From positions 1 through 53,217 of the IMG/VR virus record IMGVR_UViG_3300009548_000009: a stretch of DNA of 53,217 bases; one strand, given 5' to 3'. Below, in pieces: positions 52,095 through 53,217 of this stretch. The DNA is from a virus (taxonomy: Duplodnaviria; Caudoviricetes). A program made the translations under genes and the position numbers. How positions within the stretch are numbered: the stretch's first letter is position 1; every line of letters begins with the position of its first letter. The notes beneath the pieces were generated by a model that saw only the letters and a program-made list of their open reading frames with translations, ran no database searches and had not been told where the DNA came from.

Positions 52095-52778
52095 TTATCC
52101 CGGAAGTATCGTACCCATACCTTCACCTACAATAACTGGCATAAAACCGCTTTCCCCTTTTTTCTGAGCGTACCAGCACGCCAGCGAAACAGCGAACACT
52201 AAATCATCATGCTCTCCCTCGCGCCATGCTTCGTATGAGTCATGTCCAGTTGCGATGTTTACCTTGACGTGAAAGTTCTGCAGTTCTTTCATGAGCGTTT
52301 CACGAAACGGCGTCCCCTTTGCTATTTTCAATCGCTTTTTACCCAGCAGTACTTTTGGCACTGAGACCAGATCCCGTTTAGGAACGCTCCAATAGCCTTT
52401 TTCAAACGACGTGTGTTGGCCGCCGGTTACGGTTACTGGTATAGGTTGTAGGCCTTTTAGTTTGAAACTGTCAATTATAGCTCTACCTACGCCGGTTGCA
52501 TCAACGACAAGAAAAAGCGGAACGTTTTGTTGTTTGAACTGCTGAACCATTTTATATATATATTCTTCAACGTTAGTATAGCTGGTTTCAAGTGGCAGAC
52601 GCTCACAGTGGCGGAGGTTATATTCTAAGTTTAACCGGCTTTCCATTGAGCTTGAGCCACTAAACATCTCGTTTTCTGATACGCTAACACTAACCGGATT
52701 GCGTTCTATTATAGCAAGTGCTGTATAATCCCTTGCTTGTCCGATATCTAGGCCCATAAAATAAGTATTACTTGTCAT
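52095..52778 (-). CDS. terL: Terminase large subunit, RNase H-like nuclease domain only
   Basis: GLDIGQARDYTAL, VVDATGVG and HDDLVFAVSLA; standalone 227-aa gene upstream of the portal. Confidence 0.92.
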   Translation of the reverse strand: MTSNTYFMGLDIGQARDYTALAIIERNPVSVSVSENEMFSGSSSMESRLNLEYNLRHCERLPLETSYTNVEEYIYKMVQQFKQQNVPLFLVVDATGVGRAIIDSFKLKGLQPIPVTVTGGQHTSFEKGYWSVPKRDLVSVPKVLLGKKRLKIAKGTPFRETLMKELQNFHVKVNIATGHDSYEAWREGEHDDLVFAVSLACWYAQKKGESGFMPVIVGEGMGTILPG

Positions 52779-52961
52779 TCTTTAGTTCTTTAGTCAAATG
52801 AATTCTTATACCTGGCTTTTCTCTCAAGCCGCTCGAGCTGCGAAGTCATCTGCCTGCCCTGTGCCTTGCAGTCATAGCACCACCTACCTTTCAAAGAGCA
52901 CCAACTCCCGCAGCTTGGTTTTTGTTCCACTTTTCATGTCCACTTTTACATTAAAAAAAAT

Positions 52962-53217
52962 TCATCTTCGCCTTCTTGCCTTTCTCTCAGCCTCAAATTT
53001 ATCCCTAGCTTTAGCCCACTGTTCTTGCGACAGAGTATCTACCGGAGCATTTGATGGTAAAACTATACCTTCATCTTGCCTCTCGGCCCTCGGTGCTGGC
53101 GGTTCTGCGGTTGCGTCCCACGTTTCAGACCCATTAATCGTAAATGATGCAGTATCATCAAGTGGATACACTACTTTTTGCTTGCCCTTAAGCACTACCC
53201 GCACTTCATACGTGTAC
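52962..53217 (-). CDS. Partial hypothetical protein (frame open to the window end)
   Basis: The frame continues upstream of the GTG at 53204 as ...YTYE with no stop. Confidence 0.55.
   Translation of the reverse strand, partial: YTYEVRVVLKGKQKVVYPLDDTASFTINGSETWDATAEPPAPRAERQDEGIVLPSNAPVDTLSQEQWAKARDKFEAERKARRRR

Larger units (their letters stand above)
1..53217 (-). mobile_element. Tailed virus genome (siphovirus-type), near complete, probably archaeal host
   Basis: Terminase, portal, protease, major capsid, head-tail, tail tube, tail chaperone, tape measure, Dit and Tal genes are all present. No tail sheath and no host chromosomal gene block. Archaeal-style promoters and RBS. Confidence 0.93.

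Noticed and set aside
30626-52167. Numerous plus-strand ORFs (e.g. 35053-36048, 41068-41718, 50509-50985)
   Set aside because: They are antisense shadows of well-supported minus-strand structural genes, with no RBS or recognisable motifs.

Overview
The window looks like a nearly complete, probably circularly permuted ~53 kb genome of a tailed (siphovirus-type, Caudoviricetes) virus. An archaeal host is inferred from TATA/BRE-type promoters, GGTGA-type ribosome-binding sites, an AGC lipobox and many RHH and Cys-rich micro-proteins; a bacterial host is not formally excluded. Almost every real gene is on the minus strand, and only one convincing plus-strand gene exists (RHH regulator, 21883-22203). 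Read on the minus strand across the window junction, the order is: control region (ParB-ASCH, twin divergent promoters), ~17 kb of tiny translationally coupled accessory genes, TerS, TerL ATPase half, HNH and a putative lysis cassette, TerL nuclease half, portal, head genes, tail genes, two paralogous receptor-binding proteins, and small membrane proteins. I found no integrase, polymerase, primase/helicase, reverse transcriptase, tRNA or CRISPR array. The strongest leads are: (1) a recurring ~14-21 bp stop/RBS/start junction (GAAAAAGAGGCTGAAAAATGA) joining unrelated micro-genes like cassettes, with visible duplications and fusions; (2) a 25-aa copy of the capsid protein N-terminal segment at the portal C-terminus, conserved as protein but not as DNA; (3) an A-AAA-AAC -1 frameshift site that would fuse a head-domain/UDG-like protein to the prohead protease; (4) a terminase split into two genes with the lysis cassette between them. 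All family assignments come from motif recognition by eye, not database searches.
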